A DNA stretch of 64,000 nucleotides from Patescibacteria group bacterium UBA4787 (GTDB taxonomy: Bacteria > Patescibacteriota > Patescibacteriia > UBA2591 > UBA4787): positions 82,309 to 146,308 of the forward strand of contig DHGX01000003.1 in assembly GCA_002402995.1 (NCBI GenBank), given 5' to 3'. Position 1 is the stretch's first letter, and every line of letters starts with the position of its first letter. Below the pieces are notes generated by a model. That model made no database searches. It was not told the DNA's origin and saw nothing but the letters and a program-made list of their open reading frames with translations. Of this stretch, positions 7,892-18,247 are shown piece after piece. Position numbers and translations under genes: made by a program.

Positions 7892-9186
7892 ACAGCGGAG
7901 ATAATTTAGAGATTAAAAAACTTAAAAGGTCAGAAGATAACGCCGAAGAACGGATGAAAATTGATAAAGAAGTGGAAGATTTTTATCAAGAAACAATAAT
8001 TTCTCCGCCTGCTTCGCCTCTGCTAACTGGCGGAACTCGACGAGGCGAGCCCGCTTTTTCTCGAGAATCGAAGCGCTTCGGTTTTGGTTATTTTATTTTA
8101 TTCGTTTTATTAAGTCTTATTTTCGGCGCCATAGGCGCTATTTTCATTCTGACCCGTCAAAGTATTTATTTGCCTTTTGCCGGCGAGATAAGTCTGCAAA
8201 AATATTTTCCCACGCGCGAGGTTAATTTAACCACTGAGAAAAAAGTAACCGTTACTCAAGACGTCAGGATCGCCGAATTAATTAAAAATATTAAATCGCA
8301 GGTTGTCCGTCTTTTCGAATCTAAATCGCAAGCTGGTTCTAAGAATTTAAATTTTTTAGATCAAATTTATACTCCGAACCAGAGTAAGGGTTTAGCCGTT
8401 GTTTTAAGTAATGACGGATGGTTATTAACAAGCAATTCTCTCGACCCCAAGACTACTTTCAGCGTTATTATTAATAGTGAAAATAAAATTTTCCCGCTTG
8501 AAAAAATTATTCAAGACATTCCTTCCGGCTTCGCTTTTTTAAAGATTAAAGCCGACAATTTACCGGTCGCGAAGTTAGTTAATAGAGATGATTTGGCAGT
8601 CGGTCAGCAGATATTAATTTTTGATCAACAGAATAATGTATATCTTGGCCAGATTCGGAGAATAAATTACCGATTGGTTAAAAAGAATGAAGATCTAATA
8701 CGCTCTACGGACTACTTTTCTGATTTTTTATTGGTTGATCGAGACTTGAGCGCTGATTATTTTTCTGGCGCAACCGTTTTCGGTTTAGACGGTTCGTTGA
8801 TAGGTTTGGTTTCCCAAAACAAAATTATTCCCGTTTGGCATTTTCAAGATATTCTACCCAAGGTTTTGCAAGGAAAAAAAATTGTTAGAAATTATTTGGG
8901 CATTGATTATTTAAGAATCGAAGAGGCGCCGGGCTTGATTTCTGAGCGTTTTCGCGATTTAGAGAATGGCGCTATTGTTTACGGCAATCCGTTAAAGGGC
9001 AGCCCGTCGGATTTAGCCGGCATAAAAAACGGCGACGTGATTATTAAGGCAGACGGCCTTCCATTAACATATAGTCAAGATTTGACCTATTTGGTTCAAA
9101 ATAAAAAATCCAGCGACCCCCTTGAATTAGTTATTTTGCGCGACGGCAAAGAACAATCAATTACAACAAGTTTGGTCCAAAAATAG
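7849..9186 (+). CDS. Membrane-anchored HtrA/DegP-like trypsin-fold + PDZ protein, degenerate active site
   Basis: TM segment, GLAVVLSNDGWLLTS, SGATVFGLDGSLIG, PDZ YLGI...SPSDLAGIKNGDVI; start taken at ATG 7849. Confidence 0.75.
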   Translation: MEKPSKKISIANDLDSGDNLEIKKLKRSEDNAEERMKIDKEVEDFYQETIISPPASPLLTGGTRRGEPAFSRESKRFGFGYFILFVLLSLIFGAIGAIFILTRQSIYLPFAGEISLQKYFPTREVNLTTEKKVTVTQDVRIAELIKNIKSQVVRLFESKSQAGSKNLNFLDQIYTPNQSKGLAVVLSNDGWLLTSNSLDPKTTFSVIINSENKIFPLEKIIQDIPSGFAFLKIKADNLPVAKLVNRDDLAVGQQILIFDQQNNVYLGQIRRINYRLVKKNEDLIRSTDYFSDFLLVDRDLSADYFSGATVFGLDGSLIGLVSQNKIIPVWHFQDILPKVLQGKKIVRNYLGIDYLRIEEAPGLISERFRDLENGAIVYGNPLKGSPSDLAGIKNGDVIIKADGLPLTYSQDLTYLVQNKKSSDPLELVILRDGKEQSITTSLVQK

Positions 9187-9235
9187 CGTAGTTCCGCGGC
9201 TTGACCAGGTCAGACCTTGTCAACTTGTCTTGTCA

Positions 9236-9294
9236 TTTCGCTTTACGCTTTACGCTTTACGCTTTTCGCTTTTCGCTTTACGCTTCGCGCTTCG
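9236..9294 (+). repeat. Tandem heptamer tract (TTTACGC/TTTTCGC)
   Basis: About 8 units; related tracts near 16321-16467, 18320-18352, 50846-50932 and 63481-63590. Confidence 0.8.
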
Positions 9295-9464
9295 TTAAAA
9301 AGTTATCCACCCCCCCTTGTCATTGGTTGATATATAAATTATAATATAATTGAAATTTTAATTTTATTTATTTGAAAACGGAAAACAACACACAAGCGCG
9401 AATTTTTTAGGGGGGATATTTTTTATATTTAAAAAAAACAATTAATTAAGTTTTAAATTTAACT

Positions 9465-12400
9465 ATGTCAAAAACAAAAAAGTTTTTCTCGGTGATTATA
9501 ATGACGACTACTATTTTGTGGTCGATGGGTATGCCATCATTAGTTACTGCTTTGTCGGTAACCAGTGTCGTCGTTTCAACTACTTCGGCGGAAATCGCTT
9601 TTGATGGATCTGTCTTGGAAGAAACTTCTCCGTCTTCGGCCATCGAATTGGGTAGCGCCACTAATTATGCCACCGATTTGCGCAATTATATTTTGAAAAC
9701 AGGGGATTCGTTAACTGCTCGTAATTTGAGCAGGTTCGATCCTTATAATATGACCACTCAATATTTACAGGCTGGTGAGAATGATTATCGCATGCGAATT
9801 TATGGCCTGAAGAATCTACGTTTAACAGAAGGACAGGCTTGGGATACAACAGTTCAAGATATTAAAAATAGCGGCGAAACACAAACTGTTACTACCTATA
9901 ATACCAATAGCACGGTTGCCGCTTCAACCGATCCAATTATTGATTATATAACCAACACTCAAACGGGCGATGATTGCAACGGCTGGCCATGCGGTAATAT
10001 CGGCGACGAGGTTACTATCTCTGGTTCAAATTTTGCCACTTCCACAGACGTGGTTCAAGTTTTATGGAGATACGGAGAGGGCAGTAGCGTCACCTCAACT
10101 GTTTCCTCGGTTGATGCCACTACTTTAGTCACTACGATTCCATCAGGAGTCAACAGCGAAGTCACAGTCAATGTCACTAATCTTACGCCCAACCGTTCTT
10201 CAGATTTCCGTTCGTTTGTCGTTTGGAACTCAAGTACTCAAGCGGTGGTGGTTGGCAGTGTCACTTCAACGACCGCTACAGATATAGACGTGGTTAATGT
10301 CCGCGCTTTTCAGCCGGGGCAAATGGGGGCGCCTCTACAATTCGAAACGCACTCAAACGGTAAATACGCGCTCATTTCTCCCGTAACCAGTAGTTATAAT
10401 ATTGAATTTATCACGCCAACTGGCGCGACCAAATCTGCTCCTGCTAAAGTTTCTGGTCAAGTCGCGACCATCGGTTTGATGACAACCGTCTCCGAACAAT
10501 CTTTCCTGTCCGCTACTTTGGGCGGTACCGTCAAAGATCCCAGCGGCGCGACCTTGATGGAGGGCGTGGAGGTTGTAGCTCATAACGCTGATTGGACTAT
10601 AGCTCAAAGAGCTAAGACTGATTTGAACGGTGTTTGGAAGGTTTATGTTCCAAATACTTCTACTAATCAATGTTATACTATTGAAGCCGAACCAAAACTC
10701 TATCATCAGCAAAAACTAGGTTATCAAAAAGGCGCAAGTAGCAGATGTTTGACCTTAGATGAAACCAGCACTAATAATACTATTAATTTAACAACCGCTA
10801 ATGTTACGGGCACAATTAAAACACCGTCTGCCGCCTCCGAAGCCAATCCTTTTCCCGATACGGTTGTGCCGAATGCGGGCGTTGGTTTGCACACATCGGA
10901 TTGGTCATATCAGCAATGGGCCAATACTGATTCAAGCGGCAATTTCTCTTTTGGCGGCGCTTCTGCTGGCACTAATTATGTTTTAGAAATTGAATCGCCA
11001 TCTTCCGGTAATTTTGCCGGTTATGCGAGAACCACTATCCAGGGTTTAACCGTTAACGCGAGCGGAGTGACCAATCTCAATAATGACGCTAAAGCGGTTA
11101 GCGGAGCTTTACGTTTTTCTTTGCCCAATGTTTTTGGAAGCGTGCAATGCGGCGGCGTTAATGAGGCTAATGCTTGGGTGGAATTGCAAAAAGATGGCGC
11201 TTGGTATGGCTCTAACAGCGACAGCTCCGGTAAATTTAAATTCGGTGGCGTATCAATTGGTACATATACTTTACGTATTCAGCCGGTGGTTGGTTCAAGT
11301 TGCGCCACCACCACTTTCTCGGCTTCTATCACCTCGGCGACCAGCAACGACTTAGGAATCAAATCATTATCAACCCCGAACATAAGCGGATCAATAAAGG
11401 ATCCGACTGGCGCGACCGGTCAGGCGAATGTTTGGCTTGATTTGTGTCCTTATCAAAATCCGGGTCAATGTTATGGTGGTCAGACTCAACAGAATGGCTC
11501 GTTTAGTCTTAATGTTCCGGATGGCACTTGGCGTTTAGAAGTTCATCAAGCCTGGGGTAGTATTTATGCTGCTCCGGCGGGGCTTGTTGTCACGGTGTCA
11601 GGCACAACAATATCTGAATATGCTGATCCGAGTAGCGCTTTGAGCATAGCCAATAATCAATTAACTATTTTAATGTCAGATCCGAGCGTGAATGGTTTGA
11701 CTGGTCGTGTTTGTCTTCCGGGAACTAGTGATGTCAACTGCGCTGACGCAAATGAAGCGGTGGGTGTTTCAAATATAGGTGTTAATTTAAGAATAGCCGG
11801 TCAGATGGGCGGAGGTCAGCAATGGACACAAACCGACCAGAATGGTTATTATGCTCTTGGTAGCGTTGCCGAGGGTTCTTATGAGGTGGAAGCCAATCCG
11901 TATAGCGGCTGCGGCGAAACGCAATGCGCTCGAAAAGTGGCTTCTGTGACTGTCACCAGCTCTCAATCGTCAAGAACAAAAAATATAATTCTAACCAGTC
12001 CTAATATCACCGGCACGGTTTATAGATCAGCTACTGATTTGACGCCGGTTCCCAATGCTTGGATTAATATGCATATTGAAGGTCCAATGCAGGGTCCGGG
12101 CGGTTGGTATGGATCTAATACTAATCAAAATGGTCAATTTTCTTTTGGCGGCGTGGTAGCCGGTAATTATGTTCTGGAAATTGAACCGCCGCGCTGGGGA
12201 TCAGAGGAAGAGCAAGCCGCGTATCGTCAATATGCTACGAGAAAATACACGGGCATTGAAATTACAGAAGCAATAGCCGGAGGAGACGCGCTGGATATCG
12301 GAGCGACTTATGGCGCAGGCGGCAAGCTTTATCTTGGCGTGCCTCAAGTTATAGGTCGGGTAATGAATCCCGGTCCGGATGGCATAGCTGGTAATGCTGA

Positions 12401-15400
12401 TGACGCGGCCGTGGCTTGGTCTTGGATTATGGTTCATGACCAAATGTGGCAAAATCAGGGCGGTGGTTCAACCGATGATCAGGGCTATTTTCGTATCGGC
12501 GGTCTTGAGGTCAATAGCACTGGCTTGTCTATTGAAATTAATCTGCCTTGGGGCGGCACACAAGCTTATGTCCAGCCGTCTGGGTTAACGGTTGATATCG
12601 CTAATAACATAGGCGCAATTAAACAAAACAGCAATACTCTAAATAATAATTTAATTACATTAACTTCACCCACCAAAACCTTAACCGGAACTGTTACCAA
12701 AAAGACTGGTGGCGCCGCGATAGCCAATGCTAAAGTTGAAGCTAATCGCGAAATGGGCGGCGGACACTTCGAAACTACTACCGACGCTAATGGCGCTTAT
12801 ACTTTAAAATTATCCGGCGGCGGTTGGTGGGTAATGGTGCGTCCGGATTGGAATTTAACCCAGCCAGACTGGGTTTATGCCGATTCGCCCAAAAGAGTAA
12901 GTTTCGTTGAAGATGATAGTGTTGAATCTTCATCGCAAAATTTTGAAGTAGAAACTTGCGACGCCATTATCACGGGTTTAGTGAAAGATCCGACTGGCGC
13001 TACCGCTATTGCTAATGCTTGGGTTAACGCTAACCGCGGTATGGGTATGGGTAATGGCGGTAATACTGATTCTAATGGCCGCTTTAACTTTAAGGTGCCG
13101 GCTGGTGTTTATGAGTTGGTGGCTAATCCAAATTGGGGTGAGCAGGGCGCTAATTACGCCGCCGCCACTCCGATTAAAATTAAAGCCATTGCCGAACAAA
13201 CAACAGACGCGGGAACTTTAAATCTTAAGAGTAAAAGTTCTCATATTAAAGGCACCATTACGGATACCGCCGGCAATCCGGTTGGCAACGTAATGATTAA
13301 TGCCTGGCAAATGACCGGCTTCGGTTGGGCTTCGGCTTTAAGTAATTCCAGCACTGGCCGTTTTGATTTACAGGTTAGTTCCGGAAACTGGGGTCTAATG
13401 GCAATGCCAATGTCTTCTCAATATGTTTATCAGGGCGGTCCGCAGCAAATCACTATAGCCGACAGCCAAACTTCAGATAATAACGACTTCTTGCTAAAAT
13501 TAGCAGAAGGTTTGTTAAAAGTTAAGATAAAAGACGCTGCTGGCAATAAGATCAGCGATATCTGGGGCGGTGTTTGGGTGCGTGACACTTCAGTTGGCGG
13601 TGATTTTCTGGATTTTGGCAAACCGGAAATGATGGATGGGATGCAGAGCGCCGGTGGTGGCACTGGCGGCGGTTCTGGCGGTATGGCTGGCGGACCAATG
13701 GGTGGAGGTATGGATAAGGGCGGTTTTGCCGGCGGCGGCTTAATGAATGGTTATACAGAGATTAAAGTTCCTTTGGGTAGCTATGAGTTGGGTATTCATT
13801 CCCCGCCTGGTTCAAAATATACATTAGTTGCGACGCAAACTATAACCCTGGGTTCTTCTGACTCTTGCGGCACAACTACGAAATGTAAGGAGCTTGATTT
13901 GGTGGTGGCCCCTAATAATGCTACAATTAAAGGCAAATTTTATTTAGATATTAACGATAATGATGCTTATGATGCCGGAACAGATACGGTGGTTACGGGT
14001 GTCAGAGCGTTTATTAACGGCACCAAAGATGGCGGCGGCTGGGCCATGACCGAATTTGCTCCGTCGTCTAATAGCGATCAATATGAATTGAAAGTAGCTC
14101 CTGGCAGTTGGTATGTTAATGCTTTTATTGATCCCATGATGTCTTTCAGTTCTAATAAATATAAAGTAGTGGCAGCGGACGTGGAAACATCGCCGGCGGC
14201 TAATGGCATAGAAACGCGTAATTTTAAACTCAAAAAACTTGACAAAACTATTAGCGGAACAGTTAAAGATCCGGATGGTGCCGGTATGGGTGGTGTTTGG
14301 GTGTTCGTTGACTACGGCAATTCCGCGACTATGAATCAATTCAAGGGTCCCGGAGGTTTGGGTGTAGGCACCTTCACTGATTCTAATGGCGCTTATACTT
14401 TGAATGTTACGGCTGGTTCTTATAAAATCGGCGTTGGTATTCCGCCTTGGGATGCCAGAGATTTGATTAATCCCGATATGCAAAGCGTAACCGTTGCTGA
14501 TGTTAATATGACTGGTGTTAATATGCAATTTACTGAATCAGATGCTACGATTACCGGTTCAATTTTGTTGAGCGGTAGCAAGAATAAAGCTATGGTTAAC
14601 GCTTGGAGCGACAGTAAAGGAACTGGCACGTTTTCAACTAATGGAGATTATACTTTAAAAGTTAAGTCTGGTGAGACTTGGCATATTCAAGCTTCGGCTT
14701 CTATTAATAATACTCTATATCAGAGCGTGGTCACCGATTTAGTGACAGTTGCTGGCGCTAATAGCAATAATAATTTAACCTTGTTGTCTACAAGTGTTGT
14801 TGTGCCGAATGCAAAAACCACTACGTTCAGCGCCTCGGACAGCAAAACAATAGAATTAAGTAATGGTCTAAAATTAGAAATACCATCAGGCGCTTTAGCC
14901 TCGAGCGGTACGGTAACAGTTACCATTACCCCCACAGTTGACATAGAAGAAACAAAGGTGAAAGCAGACGCTAAAGACAAACCGATCGGCGTTAGCTATG
15001 ATTTTGTGGCTAAAGATTCCACAGGACAAGAAATTACCAGCTTTAATAATGACGTTAAAATAGTTTTTCCTTACACCGAGTCTTTGATTTCCGCGGCTGG
15101 TTATACCGAAAACGACGTAATGCCGAAATATTTTGACGATACCACTAATACTTGGGAAACTTATAAATCTGCTGTCGTTGATACTGTCAATAATACCATT
15201 ACGACAACCAGCAATCACTTTACGGCTGGCGGTTTAACCGGCGGTCAATTTACTATGAGCGGCACTCCCAGCGGCAGTACCGGGGGCAGTGGCAGCGCCG
15301 GTTTAGTCGGACCAACCAATATTTCTGTTAACATTAACAGCGGAGCCGTGAAAACTTCTACGCGAAGCGTTACTTTGAATTTGGCGGCCAGCGGAGCAAT

Positions 15401-16235
15401 GGAAATGATAATCAGCAACCATTCAGATTTCTCTGGCGCGAATTGGGAGTCCTTTGTTTTCACTAAAACTTGGTTATTAGGTTCTGGCAATGGCGAAAAG
15501 AGTGTTTATGTTAAATTCCGCGATGCTCTTAATAATAGTTCTTCCATTGTTTCAGATATTATTAATCTAGAAGAAGCAAGTAGCCCGACCGAAACTCTAG
15601 AAGTTCTAAAAGAAAAGAGTTTGGTCAAGACTGCTGATTCTCCCGCTCTTTATCTTATCTTAAACGGCAAGAGACATGTCTTCCCGCATAGCGTTGTTTA
15701 TAAGTCTTGGGGCTATCCGTCTAATTTCTCAACGGTTAAGACCGTAGCTAAAGATGTTTTAGAGCAATACGCCGAGGGTGATCCGGTTCCATTCCGCGAC
15801 GGCTCATTATTCCGCGGCACCAAACAGTCTTTATACGGCAAGAGCGCTTCCGCTGTGTATGTTGTTTCGGACGGCAAACTAATGCCCATTAAATCATCCG
15901 CCGTCTACCAGACTTTATTCAAGGATCCAAAATGGAAATTGGTAACTTGGGTTCCGGATGATTTATTGAACAAGTTCGCTTATCCTCTGGGTGAAATAAT
16001 AGAATCAACTAATGTCCATCCTAACGGCGTCTTAGTTAAATATGCCGACTCCGCGACAACTTATTTGATTGTGGGCGGCAAGAAAAGAGGATTCACCTCT
16101 AATAGCGCTTTGGCGACCAATGGTTATAAGGATAGGACGGTTATTACTATTCCTAAAACGGAAATTTACGAGAGCGCGGAAAGTATTAGCGCCTTAGTCG
16201 ATGAATTAACCACTCCGCTCTTAGCTGTGAAATAG
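9465..16235 (+). CDS. Giant secreted surface protein with repeated beta-sandwich (carboxypeptidase-regulatory-like) modules and a C-terminal putative anchoring domain
   Basis: Signal peptide; repeated G.V.DP.G...V.NAWV...TD..G.F.F...G.Y.LEI units; Thr/Ser/Gly/Asn-rich; C-terminal ~200 aa match the N-terminus of the 18657 protein. Confidence 0.8.
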   Translation: MSKTKKFFSVIIMTTTILWSMGMPSLVTALSVTSVVVSTTSAEIAFDGSVLEETSPSSAIELGSATNYATDLRNYILKTGDSLTARNLSRFDPYNMTTQYLQAGENDYRMRIYGLKNLRLTEGQAWDTTVQDIKNSGETQTVTTYNTNSTVAASTDPIIDYITNTQTGDDCNGWPCGNIGDEVTISGSNFATSTDVVQVLWRYGEGSSVTSTVSSVDATTLVTTIPSGVNSEVTVNVTNLTPNRSSDFRSFVVWNSSTQAVVVGSVTSTTATDIDVVNVRAFQPGQMGAPLQFETHSNGKYALISPVTSSYNIEFITPTGATKSAPAKVSGQVATIGLMTTVSEQSFLSATLGGTVKDPSGATLMEGVEVVAHNADWTIAQRAKTDLNGVWKVYVPNTSTNQCYTIEAEPKLYHQQKLGYQKGASSRCLTLDETSTNNTINLTTANVTGTIKTPSAASEANPFPDTVVPNAGVGLHTSDWSYQQWANTDSSGNFSFGGASAGTNYVLEIESPSSGNFAGYARTTIQGLTVNASGVTNLNNDAKAVSGALRFSLPNVFGSVQCGGVNEANAWVELQKDGAWYGSNSDSSGKFKFGGVSIGTYTLRIQPVVGSSCATTTFSASITSATSNDLGIKSLSTPNISGSIKDPTGATGQANVWLDLCPYQNPGQCYGGQTQQNGSFSLNVPDGTWRLEVHQAWGSIYAAPAGLVVTVSGTTISEYADPSSALSIANNQLTILMSDPSVNGLTGRVCLPGTSDVNCADANEAVGVSNIGVNLRIAGQMGGGQQWTQTDQNGYYALGSVAEGSYEVEANPYSGCGETQCARKVASVTVTSSQSSRTKNIILTSPNITGTVYRSATDLTPVPNAWINMHIEGPMQGPGGWYGSNTNQNGQFSFGGVVAGNYVLEIEPPRWGSEEEQAAYRQYATRKYTGIEITEAIAGGDALDIGATYGAGGKLYLGVPQVIGRVMNPGPDGIAGNADDAAVAWSWIMVHDQMWQNQGGGSTDDQGYFRIGGLEVNSTGLSIEINLPWGGTQAYVQPSGLTVDIANNIGAIKQNSNTLNNNLITLTSPTKTLTGTVTKKTGGAAIANAKVEANREMGGGHFETTTDANGAYTLKLSGGGWWVMVRPDWNLTQPDWVYADSPKRVSFVEDDSVESSSQNFEVETCDAIITGLVKDPTGATAIANAWVNANRGMGMGNGGNTDSNGRFNFKVPAGVYELVANPNWGEQGANYAAATPIKIKAIAEQTTDAGTLNLKSKSSHIKGTITDTAGNPVGNVMINAWQMTGFGWASALSNSSTGRFDLQVSSGNWGLMAMPMSSQYVYQGGPQQITIADSQTSDNNDFLLKLAEGLLKVKIKDAAGNKISDIWGGVWVRDTSVGGDFLDFGKPEMMDGMQSAGGGTGGGSGGMAGGPMGGGMDKGGFAGGGLMNGYTEIKVPLGSYELGIHSPPGSKYTLVATQTITLGSSDSCGTTTKCKELDLVVAPNNATIKGKFYLDINDNDAYDAGTDTVVTGVRAFINGTKDGGGWAMTEFAPSSNSDQYELKVAPGSWYVNAFIDPMMSFSSNKYKVVAADVETSPAANGIETRNFKLKKLDKTISGTVKDPDGAGMGGVWVFVDYGNSATMNQFKGPGGLGVGTFTDSNGAYTLNVTAGSYKIGVGIPPWDARDLINPDMQSVTVADVNMTGVNMQFTESDATITGSILLSGSKNKAMVNAWSDSKGTGTFSTNGDYTLKVKSGETWHIQASASINNTLYQSVVTDLVTVAGANSNNNLTLLSTSVVVPNAKTTTFSASDSKTIELSNGLKLEIPSGALASSGTVTVTITPTVDIEETKVKADAKDKPIGVSYDFVAKDSTGQEITSFNNDVKIVFPYTESLISAAGYTENDVMPKYFDDTTNTWETYKSAVVDTVNNTITTTSNHFTAGGLTGGQFTMSGTPSGSTGGSGSAGLVGPTNISVNINSGAVKTSTRSVTLNLAASGAMEMIISNHSDFSGANWESFVFTKTWLLGSGNGEKSVYVKFRDALNNSSSIVSDIINLEEASSPTETLEVLKEKSLVKTADSPALYLILNGKRHVFPHSVVYKSWGYPSNFSTVKTVAKDVLEQYAEGDPVPFRDGSLFRGTKQSLYGKSASAVYVVSDGKLMPIKSSAVYQTLFKDPKWKLVTWVPDDLLNKFAYPLGEIIESTNVHPNGVLVKYADSATTYLIVGGKKRGFTSNSALATNGYKDRTVITIPKTEIYESAESISALVDELTTPLLAVK

Positions 16236-16261
16236 GAAACATACTTATTCACCGATATGGT

Positions 16262-16292
16262 AAGGGGGCTCGTCTTTCGGACGAGCCCCCTT
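16262..16292 (+). terminator. GC-rich hairpin after the giant gene
   Basis: AAGGGGGCTCGTC-TTTCG-GACGAGCCCCCTT. Confidence 0.7.
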
Positions 16293-16535
16293 GAATTAAT
16301 ATCAAAAAGCGAGTATAATTTAAAAATGCAAAACCAATAAGCATAAAACTAAAAGCGAAAAATGCAAAACAATAGTCCAAAACCTAAAATAGAATTAATA
16401 AGGGGAAAGAAAAAGTTTTAAATTTTACGCTGTTATTTTGAGCTTTACGTTTTACGCTTTGCGCTTTCTAATAAATTGTAATTCATACGGTTTTGTTCTG
16501 AAAGTTTTAAGCTCCAAGCTTCATGTTCCAAGTTT

Positions 16536-17084
16536 ATGTTCAAGTTTCAGGAGAAAATTTTATTAAACGAAATTAAAAGAGGCGATCAAGCGGCGTTGGG
16601 GAAATTATATAATGAATATGCTGACAAGATTTATCGCTTTATTTATTTTAACGTTTCCAGTATCGATAACGCGCAAGATTTAACCAGCCAACTTTTTATT
16701 CGTTTATTAAATTATTTGGCGAATAATCAAAAAGCGGAAATAGAAAATCTGCAGGCTTTTTTATTCGCCATGGCGCGCAATCTTCTTACTGATTTTTATC
16801 GTTCCAATTCAAATAGATTAGAAACGCCGATCGATGAATTTATTGAAGAGAATATTTCGGACAGGCATAATTTCGAAGATCTGCTAAATGATAAATTAGA
16901 GATAGAAGCTTTGGACGAGAAATTAAAATTTTTGCCAGACGACTATAGGGAGATTATAGTTTTGCGTTTTATCAATGAGTTTAGTTTTAAAGAAATTGCC
17001 AATATTATTAATTCTTCCGAAGGAAACGCCAGAATTAAGGCCTTTCGCGGTCTTAAAATGCTTAAAAATAGCTTCAAATCATAA
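16536..17084 (+). CDS. ECF sigma-70 factor
   Basis: GDQAALGKLYNEY, AQDLTSQLF, ARNLLTDFYR, LPDDYREIIVLRF...SFKEIANII..SEGNARI. Confidence 0.93.
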   Translation: MFKFQEKILLNEIKRGDQAALGKLYNEYADKIYRFIYFNVSSIDNAQDLTSQLFIRLLNYLANNQKAEIENLQAFLFAMARNLLTDFYRSNSNRLETPIDEFIEENISDRHNFEDLLNDKLEIEALDEKLKFLPDDYREIIVLRFINEFSFKEIANIINSSEGNARIKAFRGLKMLKNSFKS

Positions 17085-17151
17085 AAAGCCTTTGTCTGTG
17101 CGGATTTTCACTTCTATTCTCTACTTGCTATTTTCTACTTTCTAAATTTCT

Positions 17152-17180
17152 TGTAACGTTTCTGTTTTTATATCGTCTTA
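17152..17180 (+). promoter_or_regulatory. Putative ECF-type promoter
   Basis: TGTAAC-16 nt-CGTCTTA matches the Bacillus SigW/SigX/SigM-type AAC/CGT consensus. Confidence 0.6.
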
Positions 17181-17187
17181 ATATATA

Positions 17188-17321
17188 CCAGGCAGTGAAA
17201 ATTCGATGAGGTTCTGGCGCGACCATAACAACAGGCTAGTTCAATAAAATTGAGCATATAAGTTGTTTAAGTAAGTTCGCCGGAATTATAAATAATTAAT
17301 TATCGAATTTCTACTGCCCGG
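17188..17321 (+). mobile_element. 134-bp non-autonomous TIR element (GIY-YIG element family)
   Basis: TATA-CCAGGCAGTGAAAATTCGAT...ATCGAATTTCTACTGCCCGG-TATA. Confidence 0.85.
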
Positions 17322-17356
17322 TATAGAACTTAAGAAGATTATGAATAAGATCTTTT

Positions 17357-18247
17357 ATGAGTAATCCTCGAACCAGCCTTTCGCAAGGCTTCAAAAAATT
17401 ACAAGCTATCCAGCCGAATTATAACTGGCGGAAGCAATTTGAAGACAACCTTAAAGAGAGGCTGGTTTTTGTTTTTCCTAAACAGGAGGGCGGTTTTATC
17501 CGCCAGTTGGCGGACTTTTTCAAATTTGACTTCGCCCTTAAACAAGGAGTTGTTTCTCTTATGGTTTTAGTTCTATTCTCTTCTTGCGGTTTAATTTACG
17601 CGTCGCAGAATTCTATACCCGGTGGCCGCCTTTATGCTTTAAAGCGGTCGACCGAGAAAGCCAGAATGTCTTTAGTCTTGAATCAAAAGCAAAAAATAGC
17701 ATTGCGCGCCGAAATTATTTCTAATCGTCTTGGTGAAATGAAAGAATTATCTAAGCAGGGTGAGTTGAGTGACGCGCGGGCTAAAAATGACCAGGCTCAA
17801 TATTTGGCTACTGCTCAATCCGACATTAAAAAAGAATTTAAAGCGTTAAAAAAAGATTTGTTAGCCGAGCAATCGGTTGGCTCTTTGGAACCAACGGTAA
17901 TTGATGAAATTTCTTCTCCGATTAATGACGACAAGCAAATCGTGAACGATTCGACCATTTCAGACTTAGAGCAAACCATGAAAGAAACCAAACGATCGCT
18001 CAAAGAAAATGATTTAGTCAGCGCTTTGCAAAAAACATTGGCCGCGGAAAATAAATTGTCTAATGCTTCTCAGGCGACCTCAACCGCGGAGCAAATTAAT
18101 TCTCCCGAGCTCGACAAAACAATGGCGCCGACTAATTTGAATAATCAGAAAAGATACAATAAAGAAATTAAGTCTAATGATTTCCGCATTGATAATTTTC
18201 AGAGGGAATCAGAAATCCAGAGCGGCATAATGATCAGAGAAAAATAA
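17357..18247 (+). CDS. DUF5667-like single-pass membrane protein, putative anti-sigma factor
   Basis: One TM followed by ASQNSIPGGRLYALKRSTEK; directly downstream of the ECF sigma. Confidence 0.7.
   Translation: MSNPRTSLSQGFKKLQAIQPNYNWRKQFEDNLKERLVFVFPKQEGGFIRQLADFFKFDFALKQGVVSLMVLVLFSSCGLIYASQNSIPGGRLYALKRSTEKARMSLVLNQKQKIALRAEIISNRLGEMKELSKQGELSDARAKNDQAQYLATAQSDIKKEFKALKKDLLAEQSVGSLEPTVIDEISSPINDDKQIVNDSTISDLEQTMKETKRSLKENDLVSALQKTLAAENKLSNASQATSTAEQINSPELDKTMAPTNLNNQKRYNKEIKSNDFRIDNFQRESEIQSGIMIREK

Noticed and set aside
9236-9294. Possible CRISPR array, also considered for the tandem units at 43726-44096
   Set aside because: Heptamer tract has no spacers; the tandem units have inverted ends and unequal long interiors; no cas genes seen.
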